Shown here: positions 50,552 through 60,167 of the stretch, in pieces
How the letters are laid out: every line of letters begins with the position of its first letter
Numbering within the stretch: position 1 is the stretch's first letter
Assembly: GCA_963769025.1 (NCBI GenBank)
Contig: CAVYKI010000012.1
Location: forward strand, 480,001 to 544,000
From: an uncultured Verrucomicrobiae bacterium
Lineage (GTDB): Bacteria > Verrucomicrobiota > Verrucomicrobiia > Chthoniobacterales > Chthoniobacteraceae
DNA: 64,000 nucleotides
Reading direction: 5' to 3'
The notes under the pieces: model-generated
Databases searched by the model: none
What the model was told of the DNA's origin: nothing
Seen by the model: the letters and a program-made list of their open reading frames with translations, nothing else
Made by a program: the position numbers and the translations under genes

Positions 50552-51647
50552 ATGAGCATTCCCTCCACACTCGCGACCGCCTTCCTGCTGCTCGCCTCCC
50601 TTCCCATGCAAGCCCCGGCTGCCGAGCCACCGGCAAAAGCCGCGCAGCCCGCCGACATCGCGCCGTGGGAAAACATCTCCGACGAGTTCTTCAAAAAGAT
50701 CGAAGTGTATGACATGCCCGCGACCTACCTGCGGCGCTGCGTGGGGATGGCCGTCGCACCCACAGGGGAAATCTTCGTCATCGCCAGCAAAGGCCACGGC
50801 GTCTGCATCAGCAAGGATCACGGCGCAACATGGACGGTAGTCCCCGGCAACAACGTCACGGGCCGCTGCGAGACCGGCTTCGGCTTTTCCATCGCCTATC
50901 CCTACGATGGGCGGCTGGCCTTCTTCTGCATCGATGGCACGGGCGGCATCACGCTCGATGGCGGCGCGACCTGGCGACCCTTCGGCAAGCTGCTCCGCAT
51001 GTTGGAATACGCCGATGCGGATTGGAGCGCCCGGAATCCGCAGACCATCTTCGGCCTGCTGCACGAGCCATACTTCACCGTGCTGAGCACGGACGGCGGC
51101 AATGTCTGGCAGCAAATCTACAAGGACACCGAAGACCCCCAAGGACTCGAAGGCCGCGCTCGGCAAATACTACGGCCTCTTGGATGCCGGCACCCTGCTC
51201 CGCGCCCAGCGCGAACCCGCCGGCATCGCCATGAGCACGGACGCAGGCAAGACTTGGACCGAGGTCGCGAAATACCAAGTCCTCGGGCGGCGCCCCGTGC
51301 ATTACGGAAAAAAGGTCTTCTGGACCACCACCGAGGGCGTCGTCGTCTCCGAGAATGGCAAGGACTGGACGCTCACCGGCAAAGGCCCCGTGAATGCCAT
51401 GTTCGGCCCCTACTTCGGCAACAGCGAACAGGAATTCATGGTCGTGTCGGACAAGGCATTCTTCATCACCCGCGACGGCGGCAAGACATGGAAGGACGTG
51501 GCCCCCACCTTCGTCCCGTCCGATGGACTTAGGAAAAGCGTCAGCCCCATCGGCGCGTTCAACTACTTCGGTTGGGACGCCAGGAACAACATCATCTACG
51601 CATCAAGCCTCGGCACCTCGGTTTACCGGCTGAAACTGCAACCCTGA
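50552..51647 (+). CDS. Secreted BNR/Asp-box beta-propeller protein; frameshift near 51140
   Basis: Signal peptide; repeats SKDHGATW, TLDGGATW, STDGGNVW, STDAGKTW, TRDGGKTW. Confidence 0.8.
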
Positions 51648-51652
51648 CGCGT

Positions 51653-51851
51653 GCATCGGCATCGTCGCCAGCACGGTCGGTGCGGGCTTGATGTGCCCGT
51701 GCGTGGCGGGCGCAATCTGCCTTGGCCCGACCGACGTGACCTTTCGCCGCCGCGCCGTCCGCGGCTGGCTCATTGCGGCTGGTGTCTGCGTCCCCGTGTG
51801 CGCAGTCTTGCCCGCCGCCGCCAGCTTTCTGGAATTGCCGTGAGCACAACT
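51653..51851. repeat. About 200-bp imperfect direct repeat, copy 2
   Basis: gctggctcatt..ctggtgtctgcgtcc.cgtgtg.gcagtc.tgcccg.cgccgccagctt shared with copy 1. Confidence 0.75.
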
Positions 51852-51872
51852 AGCAGTCTTACCCTACTCCCT

Positions 51873-52805
51873 TCATGGATTGGATTTCGCTTTCTTGAAT
51901 GTCCTCGCGATTGTCTTGAACGTCGGCAATTCGCCTTGCCCCACTAGCTCTGACGCAATCCCTTGGATTAGATAGTAGCCGTCTGTGTCGAACAGAACGA
52001 CCTGATACAAGATTGCCTTAGCTCCAGTGTCTGCGTCCACAGCCTCCGCGATGGACTCGAACCCATCCAAACCGTCAACAGTAACAGCTTCAGTTGTCTT
52101 GGTGCGGATGTCCTTCAGTGTGGCGGTCTTTTGCAACCGAGCTTCGGCAAATGCCTTCTTGTCCGGAACGGTCAACCCTTTGCTGGCGGATGCGCCAACC
52201 ACGAGAATGGGTGTCACGATTCCCTTGGCAGGAAACAGACCACCCTTGCTGAGCAGGATGCTGTTCCCGATGACCTTCGCGATCTTCATGTCATTCACGG
52301 GCGAGACACGGAACGTCAGGGCTTCAAATGGATCAGCAGGTGCGGTGCTGAGACGGGCATCCATCACGGTCTTTTTGAGTACATCCGACAATTCCGCCTC
52401 TGCGTCCTTGGGGAAGGTAGCTGTCACCATGTATGTCGTCTTCTCGTCTCCAAAGGCCGCCATCCACTTCAGGAAAACTACACCACGCCCCGTTTGAGAG
52501 ACAGAGATCAGAACCCCTTTGTCAGCACCGTACGATGCGTCTGCCTTGGTCAGCAAAGTCATTCCCCCTTTTGCAAGGCCAGCCGCATCGAAACCCTTGG
52601 AAACCTCTGCGAACGGAGCGGGAAATTCGGTAACCATCAATGAGGATCCCGTTTCCTCGGACATGTAGCCCGGAAAACGCTCGGCTGCCACGAAACCAGA
52701 CGGGGCAGTGACGATGACGCGGGTGCCCTTAACTGGTTTCGGAGGCTCTGCATTTGCTGAATGAACAACAACCAACAACACGACTGCTGCGATGATGAAT
52801 CTCAT
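51873..52805 (-). CDS. Secreted hypothetical protein, cassette-like, lower GC
   Basis: Signal peptide MRFIIAAVVLLVVVHSANA; GTTGGGC core 13 bp upstream of the ATG. Confidence 0.7.
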   Translation of the reverse strand: MRFIIAAVVLLVVVHSANAEPPKPVKGTRVIVTAPSGFVAAERFPGYMSEETGSSLMVTEFPAPFAEVSKGFDAAGLAKGGMTLLTKADASYGADKGVLISVSQTGRGVVFLKWMAAFGDEKTTYMVTATFPKDAEAELSDVLKKTVMDARLSTAPADPFEALTFRVSPVNDMKIAKVIGNSILLSKGGLFPAKGIVTPILVVGASASKGLTVPDKKAFAEARLQKTATLKDIRTKTTEAVTVDGLDGFESIAEAVDADTGAKAILYQVVLFDTDGYYLIQGIASELVGQGELPTFKTIARTFKKAKSNP

Positions 52806-52872
52806 TCACTCTTCTACGCCCAACAGATGCTCGTTGTCTCTTTCATTCAGAAAGGGGCGAAGGGCTTTGGTT

Positions 52873-53550
52873 TCAAAGCACCTGCGTATGCCGCGCCTGC
52901 CTGCGGGCGGTGCGGATGGCGGCGGGCTTCAGGGGCGCGGGGGCGGCGGGCATTCCGCGGAGTTGCAGGGCTTCGCGACCGGGGGTGCGGCGCCAGTCGG
53001 CTTCCAGCGCGGCGGCGACGGTCGCGCGATCCGCGCCATTTTCCCCCGTGAGGAAATCGAAGAGGCCCTGCGCGACGGACTGGAGGGCGATCTGGTGCGT
53101 GCGCCGCAGCGTGGCGTGGAGCCAGTCGCTGAAGCGGAGGAACGCGGCGAACGGGGAAGAGCAGTGATCAGTAATCAGTGAATCAGTGATCAGTGCGGCG
53201 CGCGGCGCGACATTGGACTGCTTACTGACTCCCCCGCCCCACAGCAACGTGAGGGTCTTGGAAAAATTGCCGCTATTCGCCACCAAATCCCAGTAGCGGG
53301 CGAAGCGCCTCGTGCGCTGCATGTCGGGGAAGGCGATGTCGCGCGTAACGCATGGCGAATTCCGCGTCGTGCCGGACGATGGGCGTGCCGCGCAGGCGCT
53401 TCAGGATGCCGACCTGAATCTCCTGCGGGCCGAGCGCGACGAGGCGGTCGAAGCCGCGGCCAAAGCTTTCCATCCCCTCGCCGGGCAGGCCGACGATGAG
53501 GTCCGCATGCACATGCACGCCGGTCTCCTCGCGGAGGAAGCGGAGGTTGT
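52873..53550 (-). pseudogene. 3' half of a B12-binding-type radical SAM gene (DUF4080-like), truncated by an element end
   Basis: [21 protein letters not shown]....[29 protein letters not shown]; CxxxCxxC part missing. Confidence 0.75.
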
Positions 53551-53622
53551 CAGACCCCCTCACTCCCCGACGCCCGTCCCCGTTCTGACCGCTTCCGGTG
53601 CGGCGGGCGCGAAAGCAAATTC
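53551..53622. repeat. 72-bp direct repeat, copy 2 (end of the integrative element)
   Basis: Begins exactly where the radical SAM homology stops. Confidence 0.9.
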
Positions 53623-53712
53623 TCAACATACAAGTCGGACCGAAAAATGAGCACGGCAAGGGGCCGGGCACGCGGAAGCGCACCCGGCCCGGAAAGCCGC
53701 ATGGGGTGTTGG

Positions 53713-54180
53713 TTACTTTTTGCGGAGGAATGTCCGCACGAGGGCGGTCAGCACGGCAAAGCCGAGGACTGCGGTGATGATCGAGATGCTCATGGCTGCG
53801 AGATTCGCAGCGATGGTGACAAACGATGCCGATGCGGCTGCCGCGCCTTCTAGGAGCAGAAGCACGACCGGCCCGATGGTGCATGCCGGGATGCCGGTGA
53901 GCAGCGCGAGCCTGAGGCTCAGGCGCAGCACGGCACGCAGGGTGCCACCCGGCGAAAGCCAGTGTTCGGCGCGCAGGAGCGTGTAGCGCAGGACTTCTGC
54001 GAGGCGTTCAATCACGGACAGCCGCACCAATTGCGGATCGACGCGTGGCGTTGGAATCTCCGTCGCGCCAATCCTCTGCCGGCAGCCGTGCGCGCGCGGC
54101 TGTTTCGCCCGCACGATGCGCTCCGGTGATGGCGTTGTCGCCAGTTTCCCCAGAGGCGCAGGTTCATTGGTCGGCGTCAT
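53713..54180 (-). CDS. Hypothetical membrane protein
   Basis: [18 protein letters not shown] followed by two TM segments. Confidence 0.6.
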   Translation of the reverse strand: MTPTNEPAPLGKLATTPSPERIVRAKQPRAHGCRQRIGATEIPTPRVDPQLVRLSVIERLAEVLRYTLLRAEHWLSPGGTLRAVLRLSLRLALLTGIPACTIGPVVLLLLEGAAAASASFVTIAANLAAMSISIITAVLGFAVLTALVRTFLRKK

Positions 54181-54439
54181 GGCGTGCGCGGGAACCGATG
54201 GCGGCTCCGATGAGAAGCGCGAATGCCGCGCCACTGACTGCGAGCATCGCGGCAAGCTGCCAGCGCGATGCGCGGGATTCCTGTTCCTGAAGCCGCGCCT
54301 CGGCCTGCGCACGTTCCTGCGCGGCGCGTTGTTCAGCCTTCGCGGCAGCGGCATTCTGCGCGGCGGCGTGGGTGCTGTCCTCCGGTCCGCAGCCTGCGAG
54401 CAGCAGAGTGGTGGTGAGTGTGATGAGGAGCTGTTTCAT
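54164..54439 (-). CDS. Small lipoprotein-like coiled-coil protein with C-terminal TM
   Basis: GGAGG Shine-Dalgarno, LLLAGC lipobox. Confidence 0.6.
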   Translation of the reverse strand: MKQLLITLTTTLLLAGCGPEDSTHAAAQNAAAAKAEQRAAQERAQAEARLQEQESRASRWQLAAMLAVSGAAFALLIGAAIGSRARHDADQ

Positions 54440-54508
54440 TGGCTCCACCTCCTTTCGCTTTGGCCGCACCGGATTGAACGGTGCGACCGGTGGTTCATAT
54501 TTGTTTGT

Positions 54509-55341
54509 TCAGTGCCACGCGCGGCATTCGTTGAAGAACTCGCAGCTCACGCATTGCAGCCCCGGCGAGGGAACGAAGTCCCGCACGTCGAGCCCGTGCA
54601 CGTAGGCTTCGATCAGCCGGAACAGCCGCGTTTGCTGCTGATCGCTCATCGGCGGCAGTGGCCGTGATGACGAGCTTGGGTGTCTTCAGTTTGACCAGGT
54701 GATGCAGCTCGATGCCGGCTTCCCGTTTGCCGGTGGCGTCGCGATAGAGCACGGCGTAGCTGCTGGTTTGCACCTCGTTGGTGTGGACGACCCTCTCCGC
54801 GTTCGGCGTCTGGCCGCTGGTCTTGTAGTCGATGATGATGCCGGCCTGCACAGATCGAGAACACCGATCAAGGTCGGCAGCCCGTGCTCGATGCAGGTCG
54901 GCTTCCACCGGCACTTCGACCGCATCGGGTTTGCAGTTCGGCCGGGATGTTCGACTCGCGGATGTAGGTTTCCACGAGCCGCCAGCCGGTCTGTCTTTTC
55001 CTCCGTCCTCTTCACCGGCCTCCCATTCGCACGGGTTCGATCGCCTGCATCCGCCCACGCCTTCGAAAACTCATCGTGGAGTTGCTTGAGCGTGAGCGGC
55101 TGCGCTTTGCCAGCGCGCCTTGTTCCATGCCTTGAGCACCGCATGAACGGCGCTGCCGACATGGAGCGCGGCCGTCTTCGGCTTTCGCGATCCCGGCGAC
55201 GTAGCGGAACCAGAACTTCAGCCGGCATTGCAGGAACAGCGTCAGCCGCGAGGCCGACACCGTCTTCTGCAAATGGTCGATGATTTCCTGCTCCGTGGGT
55301 GCCGGTGCGGCTGCTGCGACTGATGATGCGGGCGCGCTCAT
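54509..55341 (-). CDS. PD-(D/E)xK nuclease, Cas4/AddB-like with four Cys; several frameshifts
   Basis: VSASRL..FLQC..KFWFRY, LIGVLDL, IIIDYKTS, Q...YA, C-terminal QCVSCEFFNEC. Confidence 0.8.
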
Positions 55342-55882
55342 GTCCGTGCGGGTTGACGGCCTGCCAGCGGACGCTGCGGCCGTTGGTTTTCTTGCCCGTC
55401 TTTTCGAGCAGCTCCTCGATGAGCTGCGACGCCTGCATCTTGTCGAGCTCCTTGACGCCGACGCCGAAGAGCTGCTGCGCCATGTCTTCGACTTCCTGCT
55501 TGTTCGAGGTTGCTCTCGTTGATGATGCGCAGGATGAACCCCTTCTGGCCATCGGTGCAGTTCCAGCGGTCGCCATTGTCGGAGCCGGAGCGCGGCGCGG
55601 CATGGTGGCCATTGCCGTTGCCGTTGCCATTGCTCGGATGGCCGTTGCTGCCGATGGCCGTGCTGCCGTTGTTCATCCCGTAGGTCGTGGCGTCGGGCAT
55701 GAAGCCGACCTGCTGGATCTCTCGTCCACTGCCGTCTGCAGCAGTGCGTAGAGCTTCGTGGATTCCTGCGCTGCAACACTCGCATCCGCGATTTCGACGG
55801 TGAGCGAGACGGCGCACGAGTGACTGCTGTAATTGGGCAGCCCGAGTTTCTTCTGGTAGGTCATTTGGAGAATGACGGCCAT
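55338..55882 (-). CDS. Conserved hypothetical protein (KKLGLPNYSSH type); frameshifts
   Basis: TYQKKLGLPNYSSHSCAVSL.VEI, Asn/Gly linker, CTDGQKGFI, L.KMQASQLIEEL. Confidence 0.65.
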
Positions 55883-55924
55883 GGTGTGTGGTTCCTTTCT
55901 GGTTTGGTTTTGTGGTGACAACGA

Positions 55925-55952
55925 AAAGCCCCGCCGGAATGGGCGGGGCGTT
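55925..55952 (-). terminator. Hairpin, possible terminator
   Basis: GCCCCGCC/GGCGGGGC stem followed by TTTT on the minus strand. Confidence 0.5.
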
Positions 55953-55981
55953 CTCGTCGGTGATGTGGATTTGCAGCCGGA

Positions 55982-56191
55982 CTATGTTGGCGCCGGCGGC
56001 GGTGGTGTGTGCGGTTCCTCGCGCACGAACGCGGTTTCGCTGTCGCTGGGTTCTGCCAGCCGCTCCAGCCCTTCACGCACCAGCGAGGACGCAAATCGCG
56101 TCATCGGGATGCGCCGGACCTTCGCAGCATGGTAGAGCGCCGTGATGAGCGGGCGTTCGAGGCGGGGGCTGTAGTAGCGCGCGTGCGCCAT
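55982..56191 (-). CDS. Small ribbon-helix-helix-like protein
   Basis: AAAGGAGG Shine-Dalgarno; YSPRLERPLITALYHAAKVRRIPMTRFASSLVREGL. Confidence 0.6.
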   Translation of the reverse strand: MAHARYYSPRLERPLITALYHAAKVRRIPMTRFASSLVREGLERLAEPSDSETAFVREEPHTPPPPAPT

Positions 56192-56477
56192 GCGGCCTCC
56201 TTTCGAATGCACGACACATGGGTGCCGGGCGGGTTTGAACAATGCAGCACTGCGGCAGGTTTACGCCGGTGCCGCGTGATGGATAACGGAATGACCGTGG
56301 TCCCTTGCATTTTCATATAACGCGCGATCCAGAGTTGTTTCACGGGGCACCCATTTGCGGCATTCCGGGGCGTTGTGATGAAACGCACGGACACCCTAGA
56401 ACCCGCATGTTTCCTAGAAAGCGGTTGCACGTTGTGAGCAATGGGCGGCATGTCTTCGTTACCGAATGATACCGAAT

Positions 56478-57806
56478 ATGAAGACCAAACCCAAGGCCGC
56501 CGTCGCCACTGTCCGCGTGGGCAATATCACGCTCAATCTCTACGAGACTGGTTACGCCGCCCACAACGGCAAACGCTACCAACAGTTTTCCGCAGCCTAT
56601 TCCGAGGGCGGGAAGCGTCGTCACATCAGCGCCAGCAAATTGACAGCTGCGATGGACAAGGCGCGTACGGTCGCCCAACGGCTCCACAGCGGCAGACGTG
56701 AGGTCTCACGGCTCACGACCGCAGACGAGGAAAGCTACATCGTCGCACGGCGAGAACTGGAGGGAATCGGAATCCCGTTGCTGGACGCGGTGAAGCAATT
56801 CACCGCAGCAGCGCGGGCGCTTCCCGCTGGCGCATCCCTATTCGCAGCCGCGAGGGACTACGCACGGAGGCACCCGGAGAATACGCCGAGCAGGACGGTA
56901 ACCGAAGTGATCGCCGAATTGCTCACCGCACGAAAGCAAGACAAGGCCCGCCCGAGGTATCGGAAGGATTTGCACAGCACACTGGCGGCGAACCAACCGG
57001 GCAGCACCGACAGGCGCAGGAACAGTTTTGGAAACGCATTCGGCACCACCCGCATCAGCACCGTGATGACCGCCGAGATGGACGCATGGCTGCGCGGTCG
57101 CGGAGTGGCATCACGAACCCGCATCAAACTTGTCACCGTCCTTCGCACGCTGTTCAACTTTGCCAAAGCAGCGGGCTATCTTCCCAAAGGCGTTGCAACC
57201 GAGGCCGATGGACTCACGACACCCAAGGTGCAAGGCGCGGAGATCATCGCCATCTTCACCCCGGAGGAAATGCAGAAGCTTTTGACCGGCAGCAAGGCGC
57301 ACACCGCCACCGACGAGCACAGGCTATGGCTCGCACTCGGAGGCTTTGCGGGACTCCGCACGGCTGAACTGCTACGGCTTGAGTGGGGAAAGCATGTGCA
57401 GATCGAGCGCGGCCTGATTCAAGTTTCCGGTGACATCGCGAAGACGAACGGCAGGCGCATCATCACCATGCAACCAAACTTGATGGCATGGCTGGCACGT
57501 TTTGCAGGATGCACCGGCAAGGTGTTCACGCATCGAGCCGATGAACGATGTCACCAATACGCAAAACGGATGGGAGTGGAATGGAAGGCGAACGGCTTGC
57601 GCCATTCCTTCATCAGCTACCAGTGCGCGACCGTGAAAAACCTGCCAGCCGTAGCGATGGAGGCCGGAAACAGCGTCGCGGTGATCAACAAGCATTACCG
57701 TGAATTGACGACTGAGGCCGAGGGCAAGGCTTGGTTTGACATCGTGCCGCACGTGCACTTGGTCGCGAAAGGCTCTAGGCGAATTCGATTCCCGCGAAAC
57801 AAATGA
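56478..57806 (+). CDS. Tyrosine recombinase / integrase
   Basis: FAGLRTAEL, AKT, NGLRHSFISY, GNS, KHY catalytic pattern; SAM-like N-terminal domain; ACCGAAT direct repeat just upstream. Confidence 0.92.
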   Translation: MKTKPKAAVATVRVGNITLNLYETGYAAHNGKRYQQFSAAYSEGGKRRHISASKLTAAMDKARTVAQRLHSGRREVSRLTTADEESYIVARRELEGIGIPLLDAVKQFTAAARALPAGASLFAAARDYARRHPENTPSRTVTEVIAELLTARKQDKARPRYRKDLHSTLAANQPGSTDRRRNSFGNAFGTTRISTVMTAEMDAWLRGRGVASRTRIKLVTVLRTLFNFAKAAGYLPKGVATEADGLTTPKVQGAEIIAIFTPEEMQKLLTGSKAHTATDEHRLWLALGGFAGLRTAELLRLEWGKHVQIERGLIQVSGDIAKTNGRRIITMQPNLMAWLARFAGCTGKVFTHRADERCHQYAKRMGVEWKANGLRHSFISYQCATVKNLPAVAMEAGNSVAVINKHYRELTTEAEGKAWFDIVPHVHLVAKGSRRIRFPRNK

Positions 57807-58023
57807 CAGTAGGAAAATGATGACGGCAGCTAAAGGGGATTCAAAAACCATATGGGCGATGCACTGCAAGAGCGTGAGATGGCGCTACGCTTCGAGAACG
57901 GGATTGCGTGAGCCGAGTGCAGGGGGGGGTGGTGCAAGCATCGGTTTGTTGCGTGAGCGCAAACGCCTGCGTCCGCGAAGCGGGGCCGTCAATTTGTGCC
58001 GGGCGCCATTGCGGCATCGCCGG

Positions 58024-59217
58024 TCAGAACCTCCGCGAGATGCTCGCCGCGATGAAGAAATCCGCGAATGCCGCATCACCCGTGTGACTCACTCCCGTGA
58101 ACCCGGAGATGCGTTTGTCCTCATTGCTCTGGATGCGGTTCCGGTAGAGCGCGACGGGCGCGGTCAGCGAGACAGTCCATCCGTTTTTCATCCACGTGAT
58201 GCCGGGCTCGATGGAAATGGCGTAGCCGGGCCGCCGGAAGCCGTTACTCTCACCGAGTGCGTCTGTCGCGGGCACGCCATCAATGCGCGGGCCGAGGCTG
58301 ATCGAGAGACCCCAAGACTGCACGGGTGTCCAAGCCACGCCGAGGCGCGCGTTGTATTGATCCGCGATGGAAGTGACCGACACGATGCCCGCCGGCCCTC
58401 CCGTTACCGCCACCCCGTTTGTGTCCTTTGGATTGAACAGGTAAAATCCCTGCAGGTATCCCTGCCACTGCGGCGAGAGTTCGCGGAACGCCAGAACCTC
58501 CGCTGCAAAACCGAACCCGCCGTCGCCTGGCTGGATGGACGGATCCACCGCGCGGACTTGCGGGCCGGTCACCGTATAAAAGGTGTCCTTCGCATTGTAA
58601 TCGCCCGTGGGAAACTTCGGCCCGAGTCCGAGCGAGATGTTTCCTTTCGTATTCTTTTGAGGGTCCAGAAGCCAGTAATACGCTGTGAGCCGCATGTCCC
58701 CGAGCCCGCTGGCCGACGTCTCGTGGCGCGTGCGATTGTCATGCTCGTAGGTCGTGGAGCGGGTCGAGTAGGAAAAGGGCAGCGTGAGTCCGATGCTGAG
58801 GCGTGGGGTCGCGGTGTACAGCACGGAGAGGTCGATGAATTGCTGGTCGTTGATGGGCTGCGCATCGAGCTGCGATGGAAGTGTGAATTCGCTGTCCTCC
58901 ACGAAAAGGCGCTCGGAATGAATCCACCGGTAGTTCACCGACACCAGCCAGTCGCCAGCCTTTGGATAACCGCCTTCGTTGCCCGTCAGAAAACTCCCTC
59001 CCAAGGAACATTGCCCGCCTCCACGCACAGCGATGCAGCCTTGGCCGAACGTGGCTGGCGTGCAAGCGAGCATGCCTCCGAGAACAAGGAGGAGTGCGGA
59101 CCATCCGGGCATCCTGGGGACCGAGGAGTGGTTATTCATCCGTCGCGAGCGGTGTGGCAAGGCCGCCCGTGACGCCCGCGAAGGAAGCGCCGGTGATAGG
59201 GTCTTCGTGATTTTCAT
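58024..59217 (-). CDS. Secreted or outer-membrane beta-barrel protein (transporter-like)
   Basis: Signal peptide then QGCIAVRG, GLGDMRL, KFPTG, QPGDGG, FRRPGY, C-terminal Phe; start may be 59139. Confidence 0.65.
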   Translation of the reverse strand: MKITKTLSPALPSRASRAALPHRSRRMNNHSSVPRMPGWSALLLVLGGMLACTPATFGQGCIAVRGGGQCSLGGSFLTGNEGGYPKAGDWLVSVNYRWIHSERLFVEDSEFTLPSQLDAQPINDQQFIDLSVLYTATPRLSIGLTLPFSYSTRSTTYEHDNRTRHETSASGLGDMRLTAYYWLLDPQKNTKGNISLGLGPKFPTGDYNAKDTFYTVTGPQVRAVDPSIQPGDGGFGFAAEVLAFRELSPQWQGYLQGFYLFNPKDTNGVAVTGGPAGIVSVTSIADQYNARLGVAWTPVQSWGLSISLGPRIDGVPATDALGESNGFRRPGYAISIEPGITWMKNGWTVSLTAPVALYRNRIQSNEDKRISGFTGVSHTGDAAFADFFIAASISRRF

Positions 59218-59390
59218 TTTGTGTGCTCTGATGTTGTTGGTCTTCGTTGTGTGGAACGACGCGAGTTGCGGCGCTCGGGCTATCAGAGCAGGCAATGAGG
59301 GCAATTATTCCACGGCAATGCTCAGCGCCCCGTGGTGGGTGCGCTTACGACGTCACGCAGTGGTCGGATAGCGGTGAGATCTAAGGCTGG

Positions 59391-60167
59391 TTATTTCTCC
59401 GTTTGAGCTGCTTGGTTTCTTCCGGGCTGCAGCCCGGAAGCTGTGAGCTGGTTTCGGACGAGACAGGCTGTGGCTCGCAAGAGCGACGGGCAGTAATGTT
59501 CTACCCGGAGCAAAGAGGGCAGGTCGTCCACGTCCTCCATCCGCGCGAAAGTATGAACGCTCATGCCGTGCGAGCGGATGTTGCGCTGCGTCTGTTCGAA
59601 GACCGCCGGTGTGCTCCACGCGATGTCGTCGAAGACAAACGCGTGTGAGCCGCTAAGGCCGATGAGCACGTAACCGCCATCGGTTGCTGGGATGAGGACG
59701 AAACTGAAGGAGTGCAACGCGGCAGCCGCATCGCGAAGGCGTTCGGTCGTGAGTTGTGGGCAGTCGCCGCCTGCAAAGAGAATCTCCCTCGCGCCGCGAG
59801 TGATTGTGTCCGCCAAAGTCGCGCGTAGGCGTGCGCCGAGGTCGCCTTCGGCTTGGGGATGAAACGTCGTTTGATCCGGCAGCAGCGGACCTAGCCAGTC
59901 GTGCATTTCCGCTCCAGACTCGGCTGGTGTGAAGTGAACCTCCACGCGCCAATCGCAAGGGACTTCCGCTGCTTGATGCTCGACGAGGCGGCGATAGACC
60001 TGCACAGCGGCGTCGTTGCCGATGCTCGCGGCGAGGCGGGTTTTCACTGCGCCGGGACGAGGCGCTTTCAGCATCAGGCAGAGTGTCGGGGGCATGTGCA
60101 GGAGTTCTGGTTTCAAGGCGAGATCAAGCAGGTTGCGCATCATCAAGTCGATTGGCGGGGCGTTCAT
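59391..60167 (-). CDS. TIGR04282/DUF2064 family glycosyltransferase-like protein
   Basis: KAPRPGAVKTRLA, Q.EGDLGARL, GGDCP, PATDGGYVLIG, WST..V, DVDD. Confidence 0.85.
   Translation of the reverse strand: MNAPPIDLMMRNLLDLALKPELLHMPPTLCLMLKAPRPGAVKTRLAASIGNDAAVQVYRRLVEHQAAEVPCDWRVEVHFTPAESGAEMHDWLGPLLPDQTTFHPQAEGDLGARLRATLADTITRGAREILFAGGDCPQLTTERLRDAAAALHSFSFVLIPATDGGYVLIGLSGSHAFVFDDIAWSTPAVFEQTQRNIRSHGMSVHTFARMEDVDDLPSLLRVEHYCPSLLRATACLVRNQLTASGLQPGRNQAAQTEK

Larger units (their letters stand above)
53551..57806. mobile_element. Small integrative element or remnant: five-gene operon plus divergent tyrosine integrase
   Basis: Integrase, Cas4/RecB-like nuclease, small DNA-binding gene, truncated host gene at the left junction; right boundary not identified. 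Confidence 0.6.

Noticed and set aside
54509..55341. Part of a CRISPR-Cas adaptation module
   Set aside because: No cas1, cas2 or CRISPR array; solo Cas4-like nucleases are common in mobile elements
56478..57806. Integron integrase serving the attC array
   Set aside because: It is 14.5 kb away, longer than IntI, and lacks recognisable IntI motifs; it looks like an island or phage-type integrase
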